DNA of 64,000 nucleotides from Octopus sinensis. Taxonomy: Eukaryota. The stretch covers positions 102,176,001 to 102,240,000 of the forward strand of contig NC_043004.1 of the NCBI RefSeq assembly GCF_006345805.1. Direction: 5' to 3'. Of this stretch, positions 51,681 through 64,000 are shown piece after piece. Position 1 is the stretch's first letter. Each line of letters opens with the position of its first letter. A program made the translations under genes and the position numbers. Below the pieces are notes generated by a model that did not search any database, had not been told where the DNA came from, and saw nothing but the letters and a program-made list of their open reading frames with translations.

Positions 51681-51814
51681 CATACATATATACATACATA
51701 TTTATATATATTTATATATATACATACATATTTATATACATACATATTTATATACATACATATATACATACATATTTACGTATATACATACATATATACA
51801 TACATATATATATT

Positions 51815-52178
51815 ATCATTTAAGTCCGATGTCCCTGCTGGCATGTGTTGGATGGTTTGATCAGGATTGGCAAGCTGGAAGGCTGCACCTCATCCCAGTC
51901 TGATTTGGCATAGTTTTTCTACAGCTGGATGCTCTTCCTAATGTCAACCACTCTGAGAGTGTAATGGGTGCCATTTGCTTGACACCGGTATCTGCCATGA
52001 CGGCAGTTTTGCTCAGCTTGATGGGTCTTCTCAAGCACAACATAATGCCAAAAGTCTCAGTCATTGCCACAGTGAGGGCAAACACTGGAAAGGTGCTTTT
52101 TATGTGCGACTAGTACAGGTGCCAGTAATGTGACACCAGCATCATCCATGACTATGATTTCATTTGGTTTGATGGGTC
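51815..52178 (-). mobile_element. RTE LINE 3' end (two stacked fragments)
   Basis: Minus strand CCTCACTGTGGCAATGACTGAGAC...GTGCTTGAGAAGACCCATCAAG...GAAGAGCATCCAGCTGTAGAAA...tail. Confidence 0.7.
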
Positions 52179-52179
52179 C

Positions 52180-53430
52180 TCTGCCAGAGAGAAGCACCAC
52201 TGATGCTATATTTCTGGTAAGGCAGCTGCAGGAGAAATATATAGCCAAAGATAAACCTCTGCATTTGGTTTTTGTTGACTTGGAGAAAGCCTTTGACAGA
52301 GACCCCAATCCCTTATCTGGTGGTCAAGGTAGAAACTAGGGATAGATGAGTGGTTGGTGAGAGCTGTACAAGCCATGTACAAAGATGCTACCAGTAAGGT
52401 GAGAGTTGGCAATGAGTATAGCAAAGAATTCAGGGTACAAGTAGGGGTTCACCAAGGATTGATCCTCAGCCCCCTCTTGTTCATCATAGTACTCCTAGCA
52501 ATATCAGAGGAATTTAAGACAGGCTACCCCTGGGAGCTCCTCTATGCTAATGACCTTGTTCTTATAGCTGAATCACTACCAGAACTAGAGAAGAATTTCC
52601 AGGTCTGGAAGCAAGGTCTAGAATCAAATGTTGCAAAAACTAAAGTCTTAGTAAGAAGGCAAACAAATCACAAAACCCTTCAAGTAGATGACCCTGCTCG
52701 ATCTGTTGAAAAGGCATAGGTAGAAACTCCATAGGATATTCCCACTGTAAGCTTTGGACACATAAAAGGTGCAGCAATATCACAGGAAGGTTAACGGGCA
52801 AAATAGCTTTTGTGTGTGGAAGATGCTCAAGAACAATAAACACCAAAAATGTACAGAAAATAGACTCCAACTGCCATTGGAGTAAACTAGAAGTAGTAGA
52901 TAGTTTCATTTATCTAGGTGACCAACTGAGTAGTGGATGTGGATGTGCTGAGTGCATAGCTGTGAGAATAAGATGAGGCTGGGCAATATTCAGAGAGCTC
53001 CTTCCTCTGCTGGCAACAAAGGGCCTCTCTCTCAGAGTGAAAGGCAGCTTGTATGGTGCATGTGTATGAAGAGCTACATCAGACGGCAACGAAACCTAGC
53101 CTGTGACAGCTGAGGACATGCATAGGCTTGAAAGAATTGAAGCCAATAGGCTCCACTGAATGTGTAATGTCAGTATGTATGCTTGACAGTGTAAGCATCT
53201 TGAGAGAAAAGATGGGAATAAGAGGCATCAGATGTGGTGTTCATGAGAGGCAACTGCGCTGGTATGGCCATGTGATGCATATGGACAAGGACAGTTCTGT
53301 AAAGAAGTGCCGATCTCTAACTGTGGAGGGAGCCCGTGGTAGAGGTAGACACAGGAAGACATGGGACAAGATGATGAAGCATGATCTTTGAACTTTGGGC
53401 CTCACAGAGGCAATGACTAGTGACTGAGAT
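52180..53430 (+). mobile_element. RTE LINE ORF2 (RT domain to C-terminus), disrupted
   Basis: STTDAIFLVRQLQEKY...FVDLEKAFDR; GVHQGLILSPLLF; LLYANDLVLIAE; LRWYGHV; GRGRHRKTW. Confidence 0.92.
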
Positions 53431-56400
53431 ATTTTCTCCATGAGAAAATACAGTAAATGGCTTTCCTACCCCCAAAACAAATTCCCCTATATTAAAATAT
53501 AAATATCCCAATATGCACACGCACGCACACACACACACATTTATACCCAAAACAGGTTTCTCTATCAAATTCACTCACTAGGCAATTGCCAGATCAGGGT
53601 TATAGTAGAAGACACTTGCCCAAGTTGCTGCACAGTAGAATTGAAGTCAAAACCATGTGGTTGTGAAGCAAACCTCTTAACCACACAACCATGGTTGCAT
53701 CTATATGAGCACAGCAAAACAAAAAAAACACTTGGCACATTTTCTGGTCTACATGAATCTGAACCAAGGAAATCAACCAAATTGGCTGCAAAAAGATTTG
53801 CTCTATAAAGCTGTATCTAAAATGTAAGGCATTTGATTGTCATTCATTGCTCCACATCAGTGAAAAGACGTGACATATGTCAATGAGATTAATAACAGGA
53901 AAAGTCAATCTCAGCAAACATGCTGCCTTGGAATTCCATTAGCTGTTCAAAAGAGACTATTCATATTAAATTATTTAATAATCAATCTTACAAGATTACA
54001 AGACAGCAAAATTTCTTGCACCACTTCCATTGTTTACTAATTGAAGTTGACAAGACAAAGACTGCTAACAGCCAACCAATTCCATTATAAAATATTAAAA
54101 CATTATTGGAAGGTCAATATTTGAATGGCACTAAATTAGAAATCAGCTTCGTGATATGCCAATGCAGTTGATTGTTCTGCTAGGAATAACAGTCAACTCT
54201 CTTTGAAATCATCTACCACTTTACAAATAAACTCGTGAGTTAATGTGGTCCTAGGTTTATTGCACCTAGGAAAAGATGGAACTTTTAAAGCTGGAATGCC
54301 TTTGGTTATGCAAGCTTGTTCAATCAGATCTGATCTGAGACTAAACAGCAATAACCGTCAGACATGACATTTAAAATCCAACTTGAAAAGAACACTCTGT
54401 GTGTTTATCTGTTAGATACCTTAGTAAAATTGCAAGTGTCAGATAAAGAGTGATTTTGTTCAAAAGAGGAAATAAGGGAATGTGCAAAGCACTGCAACAA
54501 GTTGTATTGTCAATAGCTTGCAAATATCATCTCAACTGGTTGTTATAGTGCAAGTTTTGCAGACCTTCAAACCAACTTTTCTAGTGTCAGTTGAAAGGAC
54601 AATGTCCAAGATTGAAGTAGGACCAACACAGTTTGTTGTCAGAGACTTCTTAACAATGAAGAAGCACCGTTGTGACACAATGGGAACAACACACACCACT
54701 GCCATACAAGACACTCATCTGGTTACCCCTACTGTGTTTCATAGTTCAGGACCTTACATTAACCACTTCACTCAGTCTGCCTTTTCAGAATGTCATCTCC
54801 CTTCTAATCTTTGTTTTTTTTTTATCTATAGTCATTAACTTTTGAAGTTGAATATAAATTGCCTCAGTCTCAGTAGGCATGCGAAAGTTATGAATGTAGC
54901 CACTTCCTTCTCATGAAGTCATTTGAAAAGAAAAAATGCTACTGTTTGAACTTGGATTCATGAAGCATTGTGTCACTAAGGTTCAACTACCATGACTCAA
55001 ATAATGCTACAATTTGTCTCTCTGAAGCCCACTGAGTGTTGCACACATTTTCATCCCAACACTTTTGCATTTTTTTCTCTCTCCATCCACTTTATTCCCA
55101 TAGTATTGGCTTCAGCAGGTCTCACAGCCACCTCATCCACAGCAAAGGGATCAATTATGTCTTTTACCAATGTCCTAACATTATTAGTTGTCCTTTGATC
55201 TTTGTGTTATAGATGTAGCATGTGTGTGGTGGAAAAAGTCTAGAATTCATCAATATACTCCTCCCCCCTCTCTCTTTCTCACACATACCCTCTAAGCCAG
55301 CCAGTTATGGTCTGAAATGGGCTTGTTGTTATGTCATCAGGTAATGGTCAACATGCTGTTAGAAGCTGCAGCGTTTCTTAGTCCAGGGATGTGGATAAGT
55401 GGTTTTGGCAATATGCTGCTAGCCTGGTGGATGCTTTCAATCAGATTTCCAAAGTTTCACCTACTTTATAATCATTCCACAATTTCTTCCTTCTTCAAAG
55501 ATTGAGTGTTTCTTTGTGAAATATTAAGAATGGTGCATGGCTGTGTGGTTAAGAAACTTGCTTTGCGACCACATGATTTTGGATTCAGTCCCACTGTACA
55601 GTATCATGGCCAAGTGTCTTTTACTACAGCCCCTACCCAACCAATGCCTTGTGAGTGAATTTTTTGGTAGAGGTTTACTGTGTGAGTTGTAGCTGTGTGG
55701 TAAAAAGTTTGCTTCCCTACTACATGGTTTCAAGTTCAATCCCACTAATTGGCACAATGCCTTCTACTGTAGCTTCAGGCTGAGTAAAGCATTGCGAGTG
55801 GATTTAGTAGACAGAAACTAAAAGAAGCCTGCCATATATGTGTGTGTATCCACCACCACTTGACAACCAGTGTTGGTTTATGTCCCTGTAACGTAGCAGT
55901 TTGGCAAAAGAGACTATAAGTACTGGGGTGAATCTGTTTGATCAAAACCCTTCTAGGGATGCCCCAACATGGCCGTAGTCCAGTGACTAAAACAAATAAA
56001 AGATAAAACATTCTAATGACCGTATTTCTAATGAGATATATCACTTCTCTGTTTTGGTTTATTTTGAAAATAATGAAAGCTTTAGATAAATTTAATAAAG
56101 TAAATTAATTTTTGTAAATTATTAAACAAGAGTTTGAAGGATTTAATAAATAAAAGTTCTGATATAAAATGATGGCAAGTTTTAATTCAAAATGGGAGGT
56201 TTTGTACTGTTGAATCAGAAGAGGTCTTTTATGAGCTGGTATCAAAAGGGTTAAATTTTATATTTTTTAAAAGGCTACTCAATTATCAATGAATTAACAT
56301 GCTACTCCACAAATTATCCTCCTATATAAAGATGACCACAATTAAAAGATTAAACCTCTAGGTCCTATAAGGTTTTGCTTTCTTTTCCTATTACATTCCT

Positions 56401-59110
56401 TTATGTTCTGACTTCAAATCTTGCCAGTTTCAGCTGCCTTTAATCTCTTTCTTGTATCAAATATTGATTTCAATTTTTAACACAAGGCCAGCACTTTTGA
56501 GGAACAGGGTAAGTCGATTACATCGATCCCAGTACTCAACTGGTACTTACTTCATCGACCCCAAAGGAATGAAAGGCAAAGTCAACCTTGGATTTTGAAT
56601 ACGGGACCTAAAAACTGATGAAATGCTTGCTAAGCATTTTGCCCAGCACTGTAACTACTCTGCCAGCTTGCTGCCTTCTCGTATCAAATATTGAGATCAT
56701 TTGACTATTCCCACAAAAGTCAGAAATTATCATTATTATCATTATAGACTTTTAAGTGATTGTATGATTTGTGAAGAAGGTCCTAACCCCCATGGTTTCA
56801 GATGCAGTCCCACTGCATCACATCTTGGGGAAGTGTTTTCAACTATAGCCCCAGGCCAACCAAAGTCTTGTGAGTGGATTTGATATCTGAAAGAAACCGA
56901 TTGTGTGTGTTTGTCTCCCTGTGTTTTGAGACTGTGTAATTGTTATAAGTGACTGTCATTCAGTTCCAATATTCTGGCCATATTGAAGTAGTACCTTGCT
57001 TTGGAAACTGGTGAGGGTCAGTGACAGGAATGGCATCCAACCGTAGGAAATCTGCCTCTGACCCATGCAAGTTAAGGAAAAGTGGACATTAAATGATGAT
57101 AATGACAATTACACTTTTTCTCTCTTCAGAATATATCTTATTTTACAACTAATCAAGCATTTTTGTTTTAGTATTTTTCTTTGCTATTCATTTAAGTTTT
57201 TAGTTACTAGGAGAATCACTACACTCAGAACAGTTTTATCTTAGCTTATATCTGTCTGTCTCTGTCTGTCTGTCTCTGTCTGTCTGTCTCTCTCTCACAC
57301 ACACACCCTCCTCATCATTCTGTTTGTCTATAGAATTACCAATGTGTCCTTTCCAAATTTGAGATGAGAGGTTGTAATTTGAGGGAAATTTGACTGCTAT
57401 TTCTAGCAGGTTGAACCATCATGCCAGTACTATTATTGGCTTAAAGTAAACTTGGTTGTTTAATTCCAGGTCAGTTCTTATTGGGTAGATTATGATGAAA
57501 GGCATGCTAGTCATAAACCTTGTTTTCATTACATTATTTTTTCTTTTGTTAGGATCTATGTTGTCCATTATATTCTTTAAGGCAGTGCAATGTGATTTGT
57601 AACAAATTTGGCTGCTATTTCCAGCAATCATCTAGAAGCTCCCTTATTCAACATCATATCCAGTTAAAAATGACAGCCTGTCTGTCTGTCTATCTCTCCT
57701 TCTCTCACACACACATACACACACATTTTCTATTTCATTCTTTCAGAAAAGTAATTGTTAAAAGAGGTGGGGATCAGGTAGGAACTACTTCAATTTCATT
57801 ACTTCAGAGAGGTGGTATGTCTGTGTAAGAATTAGTTAGAAATGGTGTAATAGATGGTTGGAGGAAGGGTTGGTAGCGCTTTGGTTGCATATGTAGATAT
57901 AACTACTTAAGCTGCGAGGATTACAATGTTTTTCCAGCCCAGCTGAGAAGCTGTCACATTGATCTGTGTAATTCGAGAGCATTGTCAAAAATGTATTTGT
58001 TGGATGATATCTGTTTTTAGCTTGTGTCACATAAATCTTAGTTTTGGCTTATTTATAGAATTTTTATTCAAAAGGCTGATGTAATAGTAAATATAACATT
58101 TCAACTGAACAGGTCAGATGACTAAGAACTGTCGAAAAGTAGATATAGAGAGAGCAAAAACAATTATTATTGTACTGTTAATGATGATAACAGAAATGTC
58201 AATGTGTTTACACTTCATAACAACTGTCACACCAGGCAAATCATCTCTACAAGGTAGACTAAACAAATGGTATGACTAAAAACCTTTCCACAGTATTAAA
58301 GCTTAAGAAATATAGTAAGATTCATTTGAAAATAATGTTGGCTTTTACCTAGATATATGAAATACTGGGAGCTGGCTGCATATGGCATATATAGGATTTT
58401 ACATATCATTGGTTTTATATACCAATTATTCCTTTCTATTATAAGCACAAGGCCTGAAATTTTGGGGGAGGGGCCCAGTTAATCAGATCAAACCCAGTAC
58501 ACAACTGGTATTTAATTTATCTACCCCAAAAGGATGAAAGGCACTGTCGACCTTGGTGGAATTTGAACTCAGGACATAGCAGCAGATGAAATACCACTAG
58601 GCATTTCGCCTGGCATGGTAACGAGTCTTGTCAGCTTGCCGCCTTGGTTTTACATATCAATTATATAAACTATAAACTTTTCTTTTTTATATCATGTACA
58701 TTGGACCAATTTACAAATATATCTTTGATCTTTTTTTATGGTGGAAATCAGATATATCCACTCGAAATTTCATTACTCTTAACTGCAGATGCAGTTTTAT
58801 GTACCAGACTATCTTTTGTTGAGGAATGTCAACTTTGAAACTAATTTTTGTTGAGATGTGTCAAGTTTATTGAGTCAGTATGAAAATACTAATTCTGTCT
58901 TTTATGAGATATTTAACTTGCAGTTAAATGGTTAAGACCTACTTTCAAATAACTGAAGTTTATATATATATATATTATTCTTTTATTCGTTTCAGTCATT
59001 TGACTGCAGCCATGCTGGAGCATTGTCTTTAGTCTTATTCTTTGTAAGCCTAGTACTTATTCTACTTACCACACAACCACTCCGGCGCCTATAAATATAT
59101 GTATATATAT

Positions 59111-59523
59111 ACTCTTTTACTCGTTTTAGTCATTTGACAGTGGCCATGCTGGAGCACTGCCTTTAGTCGAGCACATCAACCCCAGGACTTATTCTTTGTA
59201 AACCTTATACTTATTCTATCGGTCTCTTTTGCTGAACTGCTAAGTTACGGAGACATAAACACACCAGCATCGGTTGTCAAGCGATGTTGGGGGGACAAAC
59301 ATAGACACACAAACACACAACACACACACATATATATCTATGCATATACATATATACGAAGGGCTTCTTTCAGTTTCAAATCCACTACCAAATCCACTCA
59401 CAAGGCTTTGGTTGGCCCGAGGCTATAGTAGAAGATACTTGCCAAAGGTGCGACGCAGTGGGACTGAACTCGGAACCATGTGGTTGGTAAGCAAGCTACT
59501 TACCACACAGCCACTCCTGCACC
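59111..59523 (-). mobile_element. tRNA-derived SINE (family A), preceded by an internally deleted copy at 58982-59090
   Basis: Full-length reverse-complement copy; other diverged or partial copies near 4525, 22565, 35790, 38310, 47470, 53540, 55525, 56715 and 60600. Confidence 0.9.
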
Positions 59524-60203
59524 TATGTAGTAAGTTTAAAGCTCTTTGCTCTAAATTTTTTTTGAAGTGGCTCTTTTTCATTTAGAGTTGTCAGGTTTTT
59601 TTTTTCTCTTCTTGAGACTAAAATAACTACAGTGCAGAAGACCTCAGCCAATATCACTCTCTTTTCACAATTTATACTGTCAGCATTATTATAGACCGCT
59701 TCCTCTATCTTGGTTCTTCTATACACATATATATATATATTTACACCCATTTGTCCAGGTTAGGATGGTTTCGATGAGTACATCCTTATGTATGTATTAT
59801 TGATTAGTGCTTTGCTTTCCCATCTGAAACAGCAGCTATATCAGCAGGTGCTAATTAGTCAGGCTTTTGATTAAAATCAAACTGGGTTTGATAGTTAGCA
59901 TTATTATCAGTTTGCAGTAAGTGTTTCTATTTAGAGATAAGTCTAGTGTGCAATAAGTATGTGCTTAAATTTTTTATTTATGCTTTAAGCAGAAGAGCAT
60001 CGCATTGCATTGCCGTTATTCTTTCTTTCACCTAGTGGCTGTGTTTGACACTTTACATGCAACATTAAAGGAACCACTTACACATGTTATATCAACAATA
60101 GTTAGCAGTATGTATTTAAATAATAATTTTTATTGTTTAGACAAGAGGGAAAGTAGTGCCCATAACCCTTTACAGAGTTCTGCTAAAGGTTCTCAGGGTA
60201 TCA

Positions 60204-60436
60204 GGCGAGCTGGCAGAAACGTTAGCACGCCGGGCGAAATGCTTTGCGGTATTTCCTCTGCCGTTATGTTGTGAGTTCAAATTCCGCCGAGGTCGACTTT
60301 GCCTTTCATCCTTTCGGGGTCGATAAATTATGTACCAGTTACGCACTGGGGTCGATGTAATCGACTTAATACCTATGTCTGTCCTTGTTTGTCCCCTCTT
60401 TGTTTAGCCCCTTGTGGGTAATAAAGAAATAGGTAT
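60204..60436 (+). mobile_element. tRNA-headed SINE (family D; central segment tentatively Deu/Nin-domain-like), full length
   Basis: GGCGAGCTGGCAGAAACGTTAGCACG...GAGTTCAAATTCCGCCGAGGTCGACTTTGCCTTTCATCCTTTCGGGGTCGATAAA; other copies near 6030, 40670, 56480, 58430 and 61881. Confidence 0.8.
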
Positions 60437-60908
60437 CAAGTTGTGGTGTTATGTTATTCATTTGTTTTCATGTCTGTTTTTCCATGCCAGCTTGGGTTAG
60501 ATGAACATGATATTGTTTATATTATTATACATTTACCCTTCCCCCTACTCAGAGTATCAGACAAATACTTGAGTCAGTGGCATCAACTAACCCTCCCTTC
60601 AAAGTTGCTGCCTTAGTCTTTGTGCTTGTCCCCCACCACCACCACCACTTACAACTGGCGTTGGTTTGTCTACATCCCTACAACATAGCAGTTTGGTGTT
60701 TAGCAAAAGAGACAAATAAAAAAATGTATCACACTTAAAAATAATAATGCATTGGGGGCGACTTGTTGGACTAAACCCTTTGAGGTGATGCTCCAGCATG
60801 GCTGCTGTCCACTAAAACAAGTAAAAAGATGAAAAATAATAAAAAGATATAAATAATACATTTCTAAATATCTCAGAGAGATTTATGCAGTAGTGGTACA
60901 ATAGAGTA

Positions 60909-61235
60909 GTTGTATACTGTCAACTTAATGTGACGGTCCCATGAAGGGAGTCACACTACTGCTATTTAACCCTAGAATTCTTATATGTTTACAAGAGCTA
61001 GATAGGCCTCTCCAACTAGCAGGCCATGCTACTCCAGACTGATGACGAGCAAATACTCAGAAACTAGTCTCTGGATGCAGGCTTAGCTGGGTGGAGGTGT
61101 TTATCTCCCCCTTGTAAACATAAGGACACAGGAAATGTGTCAAGGCCGACAGGAAGCATTGCTGCCTCCTAGGGCTAAATAGCAGTAGTGTGATTCCCTT
61201 CATGGGACTGTCACATTAAGTTGACAGTATACAAC
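60909..61235. mobile_element. 327-bp foldback element (67-bp inverted arms), probably Penelope pseudo-LTR derived
   Basis: 60909-60975 and 61169-61235 are reverse complements at 64 of 67 positions; no obvious target-site duplication. Confidence 0.8.
61033..61075 (+). ncRNA. Minimal type I hammerhead-like motif at the centre of the foldback
   Basis: TCCAGA CTGATGA C GAG caaata CTC A GAAA CTAG TC TCTGGA: 6-bp stem I, intact CUGAUGA and GAAA, palindromic ACTAGT stem III, GUC triplet; C.A mismatch at the base of stem II. Confidence 0.65.
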
Positions 61236-61880
61236 AATTCTAATAAAAAGATATGTTTGTTATTAAACAAAATCTGGATGCTGGCTCAAATATAATCAGG
61301 TATTTTTCTATACTGTTTTCTATCATTCATATGACATAGTCCAATAGAATAGTTCAATAGAATGTTTAATAAAATAGTTCACATTTCATTTCATTTTCTG
61401 GATAAAAGCAATTATTGTTTAATGTAAATCACAGGGTGACAGTTCAGATCCAGTTTGAAGTTCAGTTTTCAGTATTGCATTTATGAAAAGAATCTTTTTC
61501 TCCTTTAATCCGTTTTAATCAACACAATATTTAAAGCATAGTGTGAAGGTTAAAATATAGTTCAAGTATATTCTACATTGTTGTTTCATTCCCCTCACTC
61601 CACAGGTCACCATTATCTGTGAAGACATGTTTCTTTTGAATCTTTTAGTCAAGAGGAAAAACAGTGCCCATAACTTTTCACAGTCTTTGCAAGATTAGTG
61701 GAACAAAGGAAGCCTCAAACTGGAGACCTGGCTCAAATGCTTGAGCCAGAGTAGACTTTGCTAAAGATACTCCAGGTGCCAGATGGGGGTGGTGGTGGTG
61801 TTTTGTTGCTCTACCCTGAAAATAAATGAAACTCTTCTGCTAAATAATAGGAACAGGAAGATGACATGTGTGATTTATTT

Positions 61881-62018
61881 CGAGCTGGCAGAAACGTTAG
61901 CACGGCGGGCGAAATGCGTAGCCGTATTTCGTCTGCCGTTACGTTCTGGGTTCAAATTCCGCCGAAGTCGACTTTGCCTTTCATCCTTTCGGGGTCGATA
62001 AATTAAGTACCAGTTACA
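61881..62018 (+). mobile_element. tRNA-headed SINE (family D), 3'-truncated
   Basis: Matches 60204-60340. Confidence 0.8.
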
Positions 62019-62394
62019 CAGATGTTGATTTAATGTGTATCAAGAAAAAAGCCACCAGTTTAAATAGACTTCCCTGACGAAAACCATTTATGTATTGTTT
62101 TCATACAATCCTAAATTCTTCAAATTCATTTGGCTTACTTATTGTACTTTGAGACAAGTGAGAAGAAACTATTACAAATAAAATGGGATCAACTTCCTTT
62201 TGGTTCATGTTCTTTGATTTCCAACTTATTTCTGAAGGGATTTATATCATGCCCACATGTTTATATTTGGGGATATTATATTCACCAAATATATAAAAAT
62301 TAGTGAGGCAATTTCTTCTCAGTCCCTCAGCTTGCTAGAAAGAGCCATTACTCGATTCAATGAGACAAGTAAAATCAAAACCACAATTAGAATC

Positions 62395-62948
62395 TCAATG
62401 AAGTCAAAATCAAAATGGAAATTGTAGTTGTGGCTGATGTCAGTGCCGCCTGACTGGTGCCTGTGGATGGTGGCACGCAATAAGCACCATCCATGCATGG
62501 GTCGATGCCAGTGCTGCCTGACTGGCTCCCCATACCGATGGCACGTAAAAAGCACCATCTGAATGTTGTTGATGCCACCTTCAACTGGCTCCTGTGCCAG
62601 TGGCACATAAAAAGTACCATCCGAACTTGGCTGTGCCAGTGGCACATAAAAAGTACCATCCGAACTTGGCTGATACCAGTGCTGCATGACTGGCTCTTGT
62701 GCCAGTGGAACATAAAAAGCACCATCTGAACCTGACTGATACCAGTGCTGCATGACTGGCTTCTGTGCCGGTGGGACATAAAAAGAACCCACTACACTCT
62801 CAGAGTGGTTGGCATTAAGAAGGACATCCAGTTGTAGAAACCTTTCCAGATCAGATTGGAGCCTGGTGCAGCCTCCTGGTTTGCCAGTCTCCAGTCAAAC
62901 TGTCCAACTCATGCCAGCATGGAAAACGGACATTAAACGATGATGATA
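62395..62948 (+). mobile_element. RTE-tailed repeat (family B-like, diverged subfamily)
   Basis: GTGCCAGTGGCACATAAAAAGTACCATCCG units and an AAACGATGATGAT tail. Confidence 0.7.
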
Positions 62949-62954
62949 TATATA

Positions 62955-63240
62955 ATGAGGTAGTGAGTTCAGTTCTTGGATCAGGCTCTGTGTTGTGTTC
63001 TTGAGCAAGACACTTTATTTCATGTTGCTCCAGTTCACTCATCTGTAGAAATGAGTTGCAACGTCATTGGTGCCAAGCTGTATCAGCTTTTGCCTTTCCC
63101 TTTGATAACATCGGTGGCATAGAGAGGGAAGGCTGTTATGCATGGGTGACTGCTGGTCTCCTATAAACAAATTTGCCCAGACTTGTACCTTGGAGAGGAA
63201 CTTTCTTGGTGCAATCCCATGGTCATTCATAATCAAAGGG
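62955..63240 (+). mobile_element. tRNA-headed SINE (family E)
   Basis: TGTGTTCTTGAGCAAGACACTTTATTTCATGTTGCTCCAG central segment. Confidence 0.6.
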
Positions 63241-63689
63241 GGTCTTTATCCTTTTATATATAACCCATGCTAGCATGGAAAGCGGACGTTAAACGACGAT
63301 GATGATGATGATGATGATGATGATATATATGTGTGTGTGTGTATAATGTGAAGAGCATCTTGTAAACATAAGATTATTCTGAAATGAAACAGAACTAGAT
63401 AATTAAAGTATATTATTCCATTGCTTCTATTCCTTTGAAGTCCACAAATTAAAATCTCGGATAATAATTGAAATTAATTCTATTTTGTTATATGGCAATG
63501 ATTTTGTCTTTGGGAAAGCAGAAGGAAATCAAAACAATATGTATTTGATTTTATGGCAAAGATGAAATTGTGAAAGTTCTCTTATTCAATAAAATTTTTT
63601 TTTTTTTTCCCCCTATTAATAATGCTTAATTGATCGTGGGTTGGGTGCTTCTAATTCTACTAACTACCACCTCCCTGTTTTATTTCTAG

Positions 63690-63838
63690 ACGGAGTCGTT
63701 CGAATGTATGTACCACATGCTTGACTGTCTCCGGTTTTTTAGTCTTGGTAGCTTGTCTTGTTGCCTGTGGAACTCTGCTTTGGATGCATTTTGCACTACG
63801 GAAAAATTTGGACTACTTTCAGAAAAAATTAGAAACAG
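63690..63838 (+). CDS. EFCAB14: EFCAB14-like coding exon 2 (CxxC, TM helix, start of coiled coil)
   Basis: 149 nt, phase 2 to 1; (K)RSRSNVCTTCLTVSGFLVLVACLVACGTLLWMHFALRKNLDYFQKKLET aligns to recalled vertebrate CKICYPLCGFVILAACVVACVGLVWMQVALKEDLDALKEKF; donor CAG|GTAAAG. Confidence 0.88.
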
Positions 63839-64000
63839 GTAAAGTTTGTCTTTTACCAAATCTGCCACCTCAGCAATACACTTTTTTTGTCCTCATTAAC
63901 AGCATGCTTTCTTTCTAACTGCACATTTTGTATGCTTTTACTTGTTTTTCAAACACTCCATTGGGTATTTTTTTGTTTTGTAACTCTTGTTTACTATTGT

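Larger units (their letters stand above)
17319..63689 (+). other. EFCAB14: Intron 1 of the EFCAB14-like gene (46,371 bp)
   Basis: GTAAGT...CTCCCTGTTTTATTTCTAG; joining gives AA+A = Lys and keeps the frame open into exon 2. Confidence 0.8.

Noticed and set aside
54482-54838. 118-aa ORF
   Set aside because: No recognisable domain or splice context. The opposite strand has a faint DIVL...VGLKV resemblance to a LINE RT, so it is probably decayed retroelement.

Overview
AT-rich, repeat-dense eukaryotic genomic DNA. The tRNA-headed SINE families, RTE tails and long (TA)n/(CA)n arrays point to an octopus or related coleoid cephalopod (inference from repeat content). One gene is recognisable: an EFCAB14 (KIAA0494)-like gene on the + strand, with coding exon 1 at 17152-17318 (MKKRRELDALVG...) in a CpG-rich promoter, a 46.4-kb phase-2 intron, and transmembrane exon 2 at 63690-63838. 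An orphan, well-bounded transmembrane exon with the same phases and a similar CxxC-TM-heptad layout lies 10 kb upstream (7284-7438). The rest is mostly transposon debris: SINEs, RTE, CR1 and L1/Tx1 LINE fragments, Penelope fragments, a deleted Gypsy, mariner, Tigger and MITEs. The most notable unexplained structure is four unrelated hammerhead-ribozyme-like motifs. One has an intact core 3' of a Penelope GIY-YIG domain (38639-38712, minus). One sits at the centre of a 327-bp foldback with 67-bp arms in the sense strand of the EFCAB14 intron (60909-61235). Almost all ORFs in the supplied track are artefacts of microsatellites or repeats. Repeat boundaries are approximate and all family names come from motif recognition, not database searches.
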